This document shows positions 40,872-54,927 of a stretch of 64,000 nt of DNA, piece by piece. Under the pieces are notes generated by a model that was not told where the DNA came from, did no database searches, and saw only the letters and a list, made by a program, of their open reading frames with translations. The stretch comes from Camelus dromedarius. Its lineage: Eukaryota. Within the stretch, counting starts at the first letter, position 1. Each line of letters begins with the position of its first letter. The stretch is taken from positions 48,548,001 through 48,612,000 of the forward strand of contig NC_087436.1 in assembly GCF_036321535.1 (NCBI RefSeq), given 5' to 3'. The translations under genes and the position numbers were made by a program.

Positions 40872-41175
40872 CTTTAAACAACAATAATTTATTGTTTCAC
40901 ACTTCAGGGGGCTAAAAGTCCAAAATCAAGGTGTTGGCAGAGACATGCTCTCTCTGATGCCTGAAAGAGAGAATCCTTTATCTCTTCTAGTTTCTGGTGT
41001 TTGCCAGCAATCCACTGTTCTTGGCTTGTAAATGCATCGTTTCAGTCACATGGCCATCTTTCCTTTATATGTATTCACATCGTTTCGCCTCTGTGCATAT
41101 GTCTATGTCCAAATTTCCCCTTTTTATAAGGACCCCAGTCATATTGGATTTGGGACCACCTTTAGCATAATTTTT
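40872..41175 (-). mobile_element. MLT1 (MLT1C-like) LTR fragment
   Basis: aagtccaaaatcaaggtgttggcag...ttataaggaccccagtcatattggatt. Confidence 0.8.
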
Positions 41176-41934
41176 TCAACTAGAAATCTTAACAAGAATC
41201 TTCTCATTATCCTTCCTTATAACAAAATTAAAAATTCTTAACATGGTCTGCAAGGCTCTGCATAATCTTTCCATTGTCTATCTTATCAACTTCCATCAGT
41301 GTATCATTCCTTCTTATTTTTCTATGCTTTAGATTTCCCCCAATTTTAGGAATACCCTATACAAACTTCTGCCTTCAGGTCTCTATATCTGCTTCCATTT
41401 TTTAAATTAAACTAAATTCCTAAAGAGTAAGATCTGCATTTTATTGATTTTTATGTTCTCATTGCTTAGTTTAATGCCTGATGCATTGTAGCCTCTTAAT
41501 AAATGAAACAATTAAGTACATTTTTTCCTGATAGCTTATGGGTACATTAAGGACCCCCAGGGCCTAATTCAATGCCTGAGAAATAGTGTGTGTAAATACA
41601 CAATATATGTATATTTAGATGAAGTAATTACCACAAATAAGGTTATACTATTAACTCTCAGTTGAACAGATCATTCAGTTGCTTAGTCACAACTCCGTAT
41701 TCATCAGGCATACCAGCTCTATCTACTTTTCCTTCATAACATGCATTATATTAATAATTATATATTTATATATATCTCTTATTCTCCACTGCATCCTCAA
41801 AACCTATCATAGTATCTGGCATATTGATAAATAAATAGTACCTAGTAATCAATAAATATTTTTTAATGAATTAACAAAAAGTTAATTCCAGTTAATCAGT
41901 GTTTTACTCTTCCCTATAAGACAATGTATCTAAA

Positions 41935-42115
41935 GAACGGTCTTCAAAATCTTCTTTAGTACTTGTTAAAAATGCATATTTGGAGCTTCACAACTGTCCC
42001 ATATCTACTAAATCAATCTCTGAGTGTTGACTCCTAGAGTCTATATTTTTAGTAAGGTCTTGGATGATTCTTAATGTGATAGGTGCATACGGTTTTCTCA
42101 AGACATATTTTTGAA
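41935..42115. mobile_element. MER5-like hAT MITE
   Basis: cttgttaaaaatgcatattt...tctactaaatcaatctctg...gatgattctta. Confidence 0.55.
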
Positions 42116-45039
42116 GCTAAACAGGACTATTTTTCCATGAGGGGAGGAAACTACAATGATAAGACATTCACGTTTATGGTGACAGTGTTATTTTATCTTC
42201 TGTGTTGTTTTTTGTATTTTTTTATACTAATCTACTTGTTTTATAGTTATGTAAGTCTACCCTTTTTTGGCAAGTTGACTTTCCTTTCTTGAACGAAAAC
42301 CACCAGCTGTTTCACTCCTCAGCAGTTAGTTTTATCCCGCTCACTCTCTGAGTCTCTCCTCTTGTCTTTACTGCCAACGGCCAGCCCTCTTACAAGTCTT
42401 CCTCTCCCTGTATTCCCCTCCCCTTTTTGTTCATCTTTGTGAGAGCAGTTTTTAATCAGTGGTACTGACCTACAGCACTGGAATTCCAAAGGCTTTTCCT
42501 GTGGAAATAAACTAGAGTGAGAAATTCATCCAGGACTCAGAAAACTTATATTCCCTACTAACACTTTATATTTTCTCTCTTAAAATTAGTCAAAAACTAA
42601 CCTTATTGAATCAACTCAGGATGTATGTAGTGATTCAGGTAATAATTACAGGGTATCAATGTATGAGTATGTATGAGTATAAACATAATTGTTACCTAAG
42701 ATGGAAATCATCAGGAATTGAAAGTGACGAACTGTTCTCCTTCCTGAAAACTTGAAAATGTGAAGAATTTGCTTCAAGAGGAGAGGTGTAAAGAAGCAAA
42801 ATATTGGTGGGGATTAAGGAAAAACCAAGAGAAAAACAATGATTTAAAAAAAAACAAACTTAATTTTACTTTTAAGAGAATTCTGACTGTTTTATTCATT
42901 TAGAGAACATTTGTTCCGTACCCACTAAATGCCAAACACTTGATAATTTAATATTGTTAAGAGCTTTATAGTTACAGAGAGGGTTCCACAGTCCTCATTT
43001 CATACTAGTGTGGACTGCATCTTTTCAAAGTACCTTGCTAAGTAAGGGTGTGTGAGAAAAGGTGGCTGGGAATGTATCTTCAGTTCAGATGAGGGGCATG
43101 ACGAGCAATGCCCAAGCCTCACCGCCATTACAACCATACTGTTCATTTTTCAGTCTCAAATGTTAGTTAAAACAGAGCCCCTCAAGTCCAGAGTTAGCAA
43201 AATTGTTACCATTTTATATAAACTTCCTTTCCCACAGTGTATCAGTTCCAAATTTTGGGTGTAATTTAATTCAACATACCAGAAAACTATTTTGGCAGAT
43301 GGAAAAAATGTATCAAGAAGGGATAAAATCATGTATTAGATTTTTTGGAAGGGTAAGCTGAACCAAAATTTCAAATTCCTTGTGGAGTGAAACAGAGTAT
43401 AAATAACTGTAACAAAATAACTCATGGGTAATTATTTATTTCCAGGTTAAGAATATGTAAACTAGTGATGCGTGTTTATCACTGCTTTTTCTCACTGACT
43501 CTTTATTATTTTTTCACATTTTAAAAATCTAATTGTTTCACTGCAGCAGTCTGAAGCTTTCAACATTTACATATTACATATCTCATCACTATATTTTTAA
43601 TTATTTACTGTAATCCTTTTTTTGTGAAGTTATCATGAGAAATCAAAATTCATAGTTGCATATTAAAGATGCTTCTTCCTCTGAGTTACAGAAATCCCTG
43701 GGTCTTCTCATGCAAAATCATCAAGTTAGTAAATGCCACTTTTCTGAATATAGGTATTTCAGTGTGCACAGTCTGTTCTAAATAGGACAGTGCCCTCTAA
43801 ATACTAGTGAAATAAGGGCAGAAAAAATGCCCAGAGCCAGACAAGAATCGAATAATGACTGAAAGAGTACTAGATTTCTAGAGTGTGTTGTGTTGAGGAA
43901 GATTTTTTTTTGTGTGTGGGGGAGGGGTTTTGGGAAGGAAGAGAGATGTTTAGAAGTTTGAGGGTAGGAGGGTGTTAGGGATGGAATTCTTGATGAAAAA
44001 AACAGAAGAAGAAAGTAAATAGGGATTACTGTCATCTTTGGTGGCAATAACAATTGTCCTGATTTAGGGTGGAGTATCCTACTTAGTACTGGCCCAAGCT
44101 AGCAGCTGAACTGATCTGAGACAGGGAACACTTCCTTACAGGCAACACGGCGAGGCTTGGACACAGTATTAGCATATCTGCATTGCACTTGATAGGAAAG
44201 TTATGCTGGTGACAGTTTTTATTTATTTGCAGTCTGATTTAATTCAGTATTGATCTGAGATATCTCCTATAGCAGTGTTTTTCCAAGAGTGAGTCTATAG
44301 AATATACTGTCTTCATAAAGAGTGATGGGCACAGATAGCCCAATTCCAACTTGCTAATGAATATCTGAGCTCTTGCACTGAGATCCTCCTTATGCAACCT
44401 CAAAGGCCAGAGGTGTCATTTCATATATCAATGACATTCCATGGCATTTAAAGAGAAATGGATTCTGGCACGATTCTACAGAAAAGCTAGCAACATCCGA
44501 CACACTTGTTATATACAAGATTCCGTGAGTCTAATGACTTTCACAATCCTAGGATATTACTGTCCTGCTTTTTTCAGCCATTCTCCCAGGATTTCCTAGA
44601 AAATAAGCAAAATAAATAAACAAGCCCTGTTGTATGAGAAATAAACCTAGCTAAAAAATTAACTTGTTAACATGATTTGTACAGATGCTAACACAGAATT
44701 TAACAAATAAAGGTGCATAATGAAAAAAGAAAAGGCAGCTTTTATCTGTAGCATTCTCATATCTGCTAGAGAATCATTGCTAAAGGTTGTTTCTTTTCAT
44801 TCCCTGCAAAGCCAAAATGAGCAACTAAACTAGAATTATTCCAAAATACATCTATCTGAATTATAAATTATTGTTCCAAAATCCTACAGAAATTAAGTAA
44901 AACAGACAGCAAAGAGTAAACTATAGAGTCTGGACAGGCTTGATTTAATTAATAGATTTTTAAATTTTGTGCTTGTCAAATGGATATTTGAATTAGTTTA
45001 AGATTAATAAGATATTTGTTTTCTTGAATAAATTAAATG

Positions 45040-46060
45040 GTCCCACTGATTCAAATACTCACTTTTGATAAACTAGATTCCCACATGTATTTATATCCAT
45101 TTCTGAATCCTTTTTTTCAGTTAATGGATCTGTTTATTTCTTTTCCAGTACCAAGAGGTTATTAAAATTATAATTATATCGTACATTTGGCACTATGTTT
45201 CTATGTGATTTATAGAATTGCTTGTCTTTTTCCTTCCTCCCCTGAAAAAAAAATCATTTTGTCATTTATATTGTGATTAAATTACATGTATAAACAAGTA
45301 GAGAAAATTGATACACAGTATTGAATTTTATTTTTTCTAAAAATAGGGTATGCCTTTCCATTTGTTCATGTCTTTTTAGTTCCTCTATGGCATTTTAAAA
45401 TTTTCTCACATATTTCTTATTAGGATTATTCCTATTTTAACCTTTCTGTTGTCATTATTATTTGGATATTTTATTATATTTTCTAGCTGGTTATATATAC
45501 AGAAAAATTGTTGGTTTTACAGACTGTTTGGTGTAGTGGTAAAGAATGTAGACTGGGAATTTTTGAACCCCTGCTGTGCCACCCCAGCTATGTGACATGT
45601 TTTCTTATTGTCCATAAAATATAGATAATAATATTTATACTTTATAGGATTATTATATTAAATTAGCTAATATATGCAGAACACTGCTGGCACATAATAA
45701 ACAATCTATAAAGTTTTCACTGTCATAAGCATTACTATAATTTATCTGCAACATTAATGTTCTCTCATTGTTTGTAATAGTTTTTCACTTGCTTCAGGTT
45801 TTCCAGTTATATATCATCTGAAAATTATAATTTTGCTTCTTTTCCAATTCTATACATCTTATATCTTTCTATTAATTGGTTACTTCACCTAATTCTCCAG
45901 AACAGTGTTAAATAACAGTGGTAAAGGTGGACATCTTTATCATACACTTGGATTTAATGACAGTGTTTCTGACATTTTGCTTGCTCAGTTTGGCTTGAGA
46001 GATAAATTTTATCATGTTATGAAAGAGCCATGCATTCTGACTTCTTAAGACTTTTCTCAA
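45040..46060 (-). mobile_element. L1ME ORF2 relic containing a MIR (+, ~45523-45725)
   Basis: ctccagaacagtgttaaataacagtggtaaaggtggacatc; MIR head ggtgtagtggtaaagaatgtagact. Confidence 0.65.
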
Positions 46061-49000
46061 GTATCTTTGAACGTGTTGTTCTGATAGTCAGTAGGAAGTG
46101 AATACAAGCCATGACTATTGTTGACTTCCAAGCTTTGTCTTTTTATTATGTTTCAGCTTTTTGAGCCAGCTCTAAATCCAGGCTCTGTCCTAATTTCTAT
46201 TTATATAGACTGTATCAGTCCTATCAGAAACTGCCAAACTTTTACTTTAAGCCAGAGTTATATTTAAAGTCCTTCCTCACCATTGGATGAAAATATTCCA
46301 GGACATCATGGAATGGATAACTATATGATTTTGAGAGAGTTAGAATAAAAAACTGACTAGACTTCAAGAGCAATGAAACCTTACTAAAAATTTATCAGCC
46401 AAAGTTAAAGAATAAGTTTTAGTTAAATTTAAAATACCAAGAAATTCTTCGCATGTTGATTGATTGGGAAGGAGATAATTATTTATAGTAATATATAAGA
46501 GCAAATAATTATAAATTACCTTCCCTGAGAGGCTAGTACCAACTTGTGGCTTTTTAATTCATTTGTCATACATTGGTTAATTCTTGATTATTTATGGTAT
46601 TCTTACCATTTATAGCATTATTATCATTTCAATTAAAGTAACCTCTTGTGTTTTAACCAATCTGGTTTTGCAATAGAATATCTATTTTATGTTTTTTCTA
46701 AAAAAGAATTTTTGAACACATTTAAATGTATGGCAATATGACCAGAAGTGCCAAAGAAAATTTAAAAATTTTAATGCAGTATATAATAGTTGAAATATAT
46801 CTGTATATTTTATAGCTACTGTAGTATTTTAAAGATTTATTTCACCACAAGGAATATGGCCAGTAAATCCTTTATCAAATATTTTTCCTTTTCTTAGATT
46901 ACTTTTTATTGCATATTAAGTTATATTAAGTCAAAAGGAGAATATGAACACTTTTTTAAAATTTAACAACTTTAAAATACAATATATCTAGAATAAATTT
47001 TGCAGTAATTCATCTATGGCATTATAGCTGCTGATTTTAGTTAGTTGTAATTGCTGTTACACTTGAACTTTTTGTATATAAGCTAATTTGTTAGATTTTC
47101 TTATAAAAATTCTATATTTTTTCATCCCCAATTTTTGTTTCAGAACTTAGAACTTTAGTCAGATCTTAAAAGAATTGAAAAATAAATTAGTTTTCCCCTG
47201 AAATACTTATTTTCAACAAGTAAATATTTTTAAATGTGTATTAGCCAATTTAACATTACAGAAAGGACCCATTCATATTTATCAGTTCATATTGCATAAT
47301 ATATATTATAAAACTAAAGCATATCTCGGTAATATCTGCCTTTAGCCTAGTTGTGACATGTACGTAATCTTTCTGATCTCATTAAAATTACAATCTCTTT
47401 ATTTATGTAAAGGAAGTTTGGAATACAGCTGAATACATTATGATCATTGCAACTTCTATATCTATATTCTCATAAGAATTGTCTGGAATGGTTTGTAGTG
47501 TATTAAAATAAATGACTAGAGATTAGAGACAAGTGAGTATCCTTCCTTCATCAATTTTAAACAGTCTTCTATCTGCATAACTAAAATTTTAAATTTCCTT
47601 TCACTTGGGACATCTCAGTTATATTAAAATAAAAGTGGTTGGCTGATACATGCTGTTAGCTGGAAATTCCACCAGATATTAATCATAGTAATAACAGTAC
47701 CACACGCATGTTAGAGATCTCACCAACCTTGTCCTTGGCACAGCAATAAGGATGAGAGGTAGATCTGTAGACTTTTCCACAGGGCTTTACTGAAGCTTCC
47801 AGCTAGAGAGTATTTTGGTCATTTACTTGACATTCTTTAGTTACACAGTGAGGGGAGTGATGGGGAGATTTCCCAAGTGACAAGGAACACATGAGCAAAA
47901 ATGGTAGTGCTAATCACTTCCATGTAAAAGGAAAAGTGTAGGAGTGAGAGAGAAGGGTAATGAAGTCAGTAACTCAACTCAAGGAAAGGTTGTACCTTGA
48001 AAATGTAGGCTTTGAGATGAAAATATCAGTTGACTAAAATACTATGACTCTTAGTCACCAGCTGCCTCTACTCCCTGAATCTCTGCTGCCATTGAAAGCT
48101 GACCATGAAGTTCTATGTGGAATAACATCTCTGTCACATTCCAGTGGAGGGTATCACAAGGTCTACCTTTAGAAGCTCAGCTGAGGGCAGTTGCTCTCAC
48201 GTTTAACTTTTTCACCTTGTTTACCTCAGCCTAGGAAGTTTAAGTTCTGGTTTTATTTTGGAAATTATTTACAGAAGCTTTTAGAAAATATATACACAGT
48301 GGCACCAGCACCACCACTCCCCACACACATTGTCATGTTAACCCTGTTTCTGCCCCTTATATCACTGATATGAGACGTGTTCACTTATTGCTTCCATCTT
48401 TTCTGCCTTCACGTCAACCAGTTTAAACCATGAAGTATTTCCCAGCTACTTGTCTTCGAAATGCTTAAGTTCTTATTGATAAAAGTTTATACAAGCATGT
48501 CATGCTTTATGGACAACACTTTACTAAGCCTCACAGTTCGAATCACTTCTGAATCTCTTTAAGTAGAAACTCCTTTGATGTCATTAAGTATTATGTGCAG
48601 GCTTTTAATCTTTGTCCCAAGAAGTAAGCAAGAGTTTTGTGACCTATTAACAGTTGAAAGTCAATCAGAAAAAAATGTCATAGAATTCTAGAGCTAAGAC
48701 AAACATAAGATATCTGCTCTTGCCCCTTCATTTTATACATGAGAAAACTGAGGCCGAAATGACATTGTATATCAAAGAGAAAATTACTCTCTTTACAGAA
48801 ATTTAGCTTACACACAATTTTTCAGGAAGCACATCTGTGAAAATTTTAGCATAAAATTTCTAATCACTGAAAAAATTCTATCTCCACTTCTAAGTGTTTC
48901 ATATTCAGATACATTATCTCTCTTTTATTTGAAGGAGAAAAATATTCTCTGTAGTGTGAGAATATATTATACAGCTTCCAGAGCATGACAATTTTATTTC

Positions 49001-50388
49001 AAACTCTATTTCAGATGCTATATTTCTCTATCATAGAAATGGTAACTTCTCCCTAATTCTCTAAAAACAAGAGAAAGAAATAGAAACACTATACTGCCAC
49101 TGAAAGTATTTATTGTTTTAAATATATGGATAAAAATGTCTTTGTAGATTGATAAATTTTCTGAGGGTAGTTTTCCTTTGTTAAAATTCCTTTGAGAATG
49201 GTAGTTAATGTCTGCCTGTGCCATTTACAAAAGCCTGTCCCTCCTCATACATGAGCTAGAAATATCTAGTGCTAAGAAAGCGGAGTTTATTTACTGTAGA
49301 CATGTGGGAAAATAAGAATGATGGATATTACCCTAAAAAAAACTCAACTTCATGTATTCCAAGCCTTATTAATATTTTATATAATTTTAAGATTTTCTCA
49401 GCAGTATATAGATGTACATACCAAAATTAAGGCTTTTTCCTGCCATTTTCCCCTTTTTCTTCAAAAATTTATTCATCTCATGATTTAAACTGCAGTTTTT
49501 ATGCTGATAATTTAAAAAATATGTTCCTCTAGTCATGATTTCTCCCTAACACCAGTTTCTGTCTCCACCTGCGTTCTCAATACTTCAGCTTGGTAGACCC
49601 TATGCGTATATTTATCAAACATTTCATTTCCTTCTCTGGTCAGGGCCCTGTTATACTTGTCATGGGAGATAAAAAAGAAATATAAGAAACTTAAGCTATT
49701 GATGTACCTGACTCTGGATTATCATCAGCATTTTTATATTGACCCAGCCTCTCTCCTAGAAACATGAAATGTCACTTAGAAAAATCTTTGAGTAGGATTT
49801 TGCTTTCATAAGTTGTCCTCAAGAAAGTGTATTTTCATTATGTTGAAACATGTTTAATACGTGATTAACCCTGTGATGGTCCCTGCCTTATAAGCATGCC
49901 TACTTTTGCTTTTCATACTTTCTGGTTTGTATTTCCATCTTTCTTTTGGAAGATTATCCTTAGTATTCCAGTTGGTGTTCCAGTTTCAATTATTCAGTAA
50001 AATTTAAGTCTTTTTAAATGTTTTTGCTTGAAAGGTAGATCTCTCTCTAACAGAAATGTATGCAATGTGTGTCACTTTCTGTGATGCCTTATTTTAACTT
50101 CTGGAATTCTAAAGTAGATATTTAACGAATGGTACTTTGCTTCCGAAGTGAAGAGATCTTAAATAGACTCCAAGAACCAATACTATAGACATATCCTGTC
50201 CCTGAGAAAAATCCTCAAAAGCTTCAAAAAACTGTCAGATCTATCATGTATCTCCTGAAAGCAGCACTGCTGGACTCATTTATACCCAGATACTATGAAT
50301 ATATTTTGGAATCCTTAATTTCCGAATGGCCTTAGGCTAATTTTTTTGTATTAAGATTTCATCTCTCTTTCTTACCCTCCCCCCATTC

Positions 50389-50393
50389 TGTAC

Positions 50394-50438
<45 letters not shown>
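50389..50438. repeat. (CA)n microsatellite with an internal (CG)4
   Basis: Directly visible. Confidence 0.95.
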
Positions 50439-50439
<1 letters not shown>

Positions 50440-51346
50440 GCATAAAATATGAAAACGGCTTCCTTCCATAAGGAAAGTTGTCTGTTGTTTTGTTTTTAAC
50501 CTTCTAACATACATTATGAGTATGATCACATATGGAGTTGTTTCTGAGTACAGGATCAAAATATATTACTCTTAAAGGAAACACAATTCTTGCTAAGAAA
50601 AATATCAGTCATTTAAGCAGTAGTCTACTAAATAATTTCTACTATCTAATGTTAAGCTAGGAAAAATACTGATGATAATGTAGTTTACATTTGTGGTGGT
50701 TGAAGTTTGGAAAAGTATATTAAACATTCTTCCATGTGGCGAACAGGCCCTTTTCTCTAAATTCTTCATACATTTGATGAAGTGGTGGATAAACATCAGT
50801 TTATTGAAATATTTCTTCAAGCAAAAGACAGAGTAGTCTTTACCAATGTAACATTCCAGTGAACCGCAAACATTTTTTATCTAGTTGTCTATATTAAATT
50901 GTTATGTCTCCTTTCCAAACTTGAATGCATGAAAGTCTGCTCTACTTTCTGATCTGTTTAAAATCATTTTAAATGTTTATCTGAATTTAAAAATAGTAAT
51001 GATTTTATTGTCTTTCTATAACATCTCTACATGTTTTCCAATGCCAAATCTTAGTTCCTACAATGGTGAATATAGCCATGAGTTCTCATTCATAAAGCCT
51101 TTTTGTATTGTGTAAACATTTGACAAGAACTGTCTTCAGATAGATAAGATTCATAAAGTATTTAAGAGGAGTATATAATAATGCTGGTTGAAAACGAATC
51201 TCATATTTTTATTAACTTTTAAATTTTCAAAAATAGCTCATAATGAATTAATTAATGAATAAAACTTTAACACAGAAAAGCATTAAGAAAAAAGACAAAT
51301 TCCACTCATTATAAACTACCACTTGTACAGTTTCTGTGCATCATTC

Positions 51347-51371
51347 ATATATATATATATATAAATATATG

Positions 51372-51420
<49 letters not shown>

Positions 51421-51422
51421 TA
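51347..51422. repeat. Compound (TA)n(CA)n microsatellite
   Basis: Directly visible. Confidence 0.93.
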
Positions 51423-51832
51423 CATCACCAAACTGATATCATAGGGAATTTATTGTCTTATAGGGTCTTTTTCCCCTTGATAATATATCCTGAGAATCTC
51501 AAGTAAGAAATTTTTTCAAAAATATAAATTTAATGGATAAATGGTATTTTTATATGAATTCATTGGTATTTATTCATCCCACCCCTTTTATCATGTGTTG
51601 ACATAGTTTTTCATAATTTAAGAAAAACAATAATTCAATAAATATTTTCCCATACAACTTTGTACAGTCTGTGGTTATGTCCATGGAACAAATTTCTAAA
51701 TATAAGTTTCTTTATTGAAAGGCATGCGTATTTGAAATTTTTTAATATATTTCCATTTTTTTCTCCAGAGAGTTTATGTTAATTTCACACATCTAAAACA
51801 TATATAATTTAGAGTTTTTCCCTAATCCCTTC

Positions 51833-52307
51833 CTGTCAGAGTTCAACCAACAGCAAAAGATGGTACACTCAAATTAGGATAATTCAAGAATGTTTCATTT
51901 TCAGAGATAATAATTACAAAGATGATGGTGACATATTGGTGAAAGTACAAGAGATAATGCAGTAAATTATGGATATTAGTGACAGCCCTGTTACCACTCA
52001 AAGGCTAAAAGCGTGCAGGAGAAAGAGGGTATCAGAACATGAAAAAAGAGAAACAGGTAGAGAAATCCCTCTTGAGAGGAACAGTGCCCTTTGGTCAGTG
52101 GACATAGCTGGACCAAGGTGACTTTTCAAGTAGGGCACCAGGGGAGTAAAATCCTGACTTTACTCTCCCTGTTGTTTGTACCCACTGGAAAGCCAGAGGA
52201 CCTAGGCTCCCTCTTGCAGTCCAGCTAGGTTGCCACACAAAGCAAAGAACAAGGTGGAAGCCAGAGAAGAGTCAATCTGGAAGGGCAAACAAAAGATATC
52301 CAGAACA
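51833..52307 (-). mobile_element. ERVL solo LTR (LTR41/LTR33-like)
   Basis: Ends atctggaagggcaaacaaaagatatccagaaca (reversed LTR start); other end agatggtacactcaaattaggataattc. Confidence 0.7.
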
Positions 52308-53175
52308 CTTACCTAGTTTTTGCATTTCTATGACTGTGCATATTTTTTTTATATTTCTGTGATTATTAGTGAGGCAAAAAAATTTTATTAACTAGTTGTA
52401 TTTATTTTGTGAAGTATGTGTTTACATCTCCCGTCCTTTCTTTTCAACTAAGCAGATTTTATTTCTTATTGGTTTATCTTATTGATTAAAAGAGTTCTTT
52501 ATATATTACGGGCATTTTAAATTTTTATTTTTCACATACACTGCTCTTCTTTAAAAGTTTAGCTTTTGCTACATGCTTATAAGTATTTCTAGTATTCAAT
52601 ACTTTTTCTCATTTTTTATGATTCCACTTTTTACACATTATTTTTAGTTCCACCTATAAATCATTTTGCTCTATAGTATAAGATGAAACATACTTTTATT
52701 TTATTGCAGTTAATAAATGCCAACATTATCCTACATAAAACACCCTTTCCCCAGTGAAATAACATGTAGTCCTATTCTTTTACCAGATACTTATGTATGT
52801 TTGAGTCTGTTTCTGTGCATCACATTATGTCATGTTAATCTTGTAGTGTATTCTGCTGCAGTATCGTATAGTGTTGATTGTATATAATTTTAATATATGA
52901 CAATGTATTTTATTATTTTTCATTATTTTCTTGACATTCTCACCTATTTAGTCTGTCAAATGAACTTTAGAATTTATGTTTCAAAATCAAAAAAAGATCA
53001 TTTTGGGGTTTTGATCAAGTTGTCAAATATTAATACATTGCTCTGAAGAAAAATAAAGATCTTGTAATATTGAATCTTTCTTTCCAGGTAGCATCTTGTG
53101 TCTCTCAGGTTTTTCAAATTCCCACCACAACTCTCATTTTCTTTAAATATGATTCTCTTATTTCTAAGTATTTTA

Positions 53176-53314
53176 CTTTTATTTATTTATTATTTTCAGG
53201 GGTGGGTAATTAGGTTTATTTATTTATTGATGGTTAGAGGAGGTACTGGGGATTGAATACAGGACCTTGTGCATGCTAAGCATGTGCCCTACCACTTGAG
53301 CTATACCTGCTCCC
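53176..53314 (-). mobile_element. tRNA-Ala(AGC)-derived SINE, vic-1-like (camelid)
   Basis: Minus strand GGGAGCAGGTATAGCTCAAGTGGTAGGGCACATGCTTAGCATGCACAAGGTCCTGTATTCAATCCCCAGTACCTCC plus AT-rich tail; perfect 13-bp TSD tctaagtatttta at 53163-53175 and 53315-53327. Confidence 0.85.
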
Positions 53315-53972
53315 TCTAAGTATTTTATTTTCAAGAAATATTTTGATTGTGTGATTGAAAGTTCTTGCTCCTGGTGTTTTCTGACTGGCTACTGTTACTA
53401 TAGAGAAAAGCGAGTGATGCTGTTGTATGTATGTTGTAACTAAAACTTTACCAGATTCTTACCATTTTTATTGAATTTAACTCTGATTATTTTAGATTTT
53501 TATGCAGACTGTTATATCATCTAAAAATCATATATTTCTTTTTTCTGATATTTATGCCCCTTATTTAATTTTCTTATTGACTTCACAGCAACTTCCATAG
53601 CAGTAATAAATAGTGATGCTGATAGTTATAATATATTTCTGCACTTTTATTTTAATGTCTGCCTTTGTGGTTCATCATTAAGTATAATGTCAAATATTTG
53701 AGATAAAGAAGATCTATCTGAATGAACATCTTTCATCATTCTAATTAACTTTCCTTCTGATATGTGTTTACCATGAGTTTTCCTTTTTCTAAAATTAGGA
53801 ATAAGTGTGAAATTTTATCACATTTGGCTTTATGTCACTTATAGTGATGTTTACATATTTTGTATCCTTTGACTAATTAAAGATGATGAATTATTTTAAA
53901 AATTGTCCCAATATTGAACCATTCTTCATTCCTGGAATATGCCCTATTTGGTCATAATATGCCATTCTTTTA

Positions 53973-54577
53973 TTTAATTATTTTTCTTTTTTTTCTTTTT
54001 TTTTTTTTTTATTGCGTTATAGTCATTTTACAATGTTGTGTCAAATTCCAGTGTAGAGCACAATTTTTCAGTTATACATGAACATACATACATTCATTGT
54101 CACATTCTTTTTTGTTGTGAGCCACCACAAGATCCTGTATATATTTCCCTGTGCTACACAGCACAATCTTGTTTATCTATTCTACATTTTGAAATCCTAG
54201 TCTGTCCCTTCCCACCACCCCATCCCCCTGGCAACCACAAGTTTGTATTCTATGTCTATGAATCTGTTTCTGTTTTGTATTTATGTTTGTTTGGTTTTAT
54301 TTTTTTTTTTTTAGATTCTGCATATGAGCGATCTCATATGGTATTTTTCTTTCTCTTTCTGGCTTACTTCACTTAGAATGACATTCTCCAGTAACATCCA
54401 TGTTGCTGCAAATGGCATTATGTTGTTGGTTTTTATGGCTGAATAGTATTCCATTGTATAAATATACCACGTCTTCTTTATCCAGTCATCTGTTGATGGA
54501 CATTTAGGCTGTTTCCATGTCTTGACTATTGTAAATAGTGCTGCTATGAACATTGGGGTGCAGGTGTCATTTTGAAG
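53973..54577 (-). mobile_element. Relatively young 5'-truncated L1 (ORF2 C-terminus + 3' UTR + poly(A))
   Basis: Open peptide MFIAALFTIVKTWKQPKCPSTDDWIKK...; long T-tract; TSD taatatgccattctttta (53955-53972) versus taatatactattctttta (54578-54595), 16/18. Confidence 0.93.
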
Positions 54578-54895
54578 TAATATACTATTCTTTTAAATTG
54601 CTACTACATTCAGTTTTCTAGTTTTGAAATTTTAAAAAAATTTATAAGGACTATTGGGAGAGGTGTGATTAGTGCCATCTTTATCAGATATAAGTATTAG
54701 GTTAAGGTAGCTTCATAAAATAACCTTTCAATGTTTTCTTTGCCATCTAACAGTTATAGGGATTCCCTATTCTTTGAAAATGAGAGAGTTGTTTGGGGAG
54801 AAAATGTATTTGGCACCTTCCTTTATAGTACTTATTTCAAAACCTTAAAAATTTACCTGTATTTCCACAGTCTATTCAGCTTTTCTGTGACTTTT

Positions 54896-54896
<1 letters not shown>

Positions 54897-54926
<30 letters not shown>
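54897..54926. repeat. (CA)n microsatellite
   Basis: Directly visible. Confidence 0.95.

Positions 54927-54927
<1 letters not shown>

Larger units (their letters stand above)
40050..41510 (+). mobile_element. L2 LINE relic interrupted by L1 and MLT1 insertions
   Basis: ctccacttggatgttccacaggcaacc...cagcatgtccaaggctgaa; aattcttaacatggtctgcaaggctctgcataatct; tail near 41500. Confidence 0.7.

Noticed and set aside
53239..53314. tRNA-Ala gene
   Set aside because: Damaged acceptor and T stems and B box, plus a SINE tail and TSD; it is a retroposon head.
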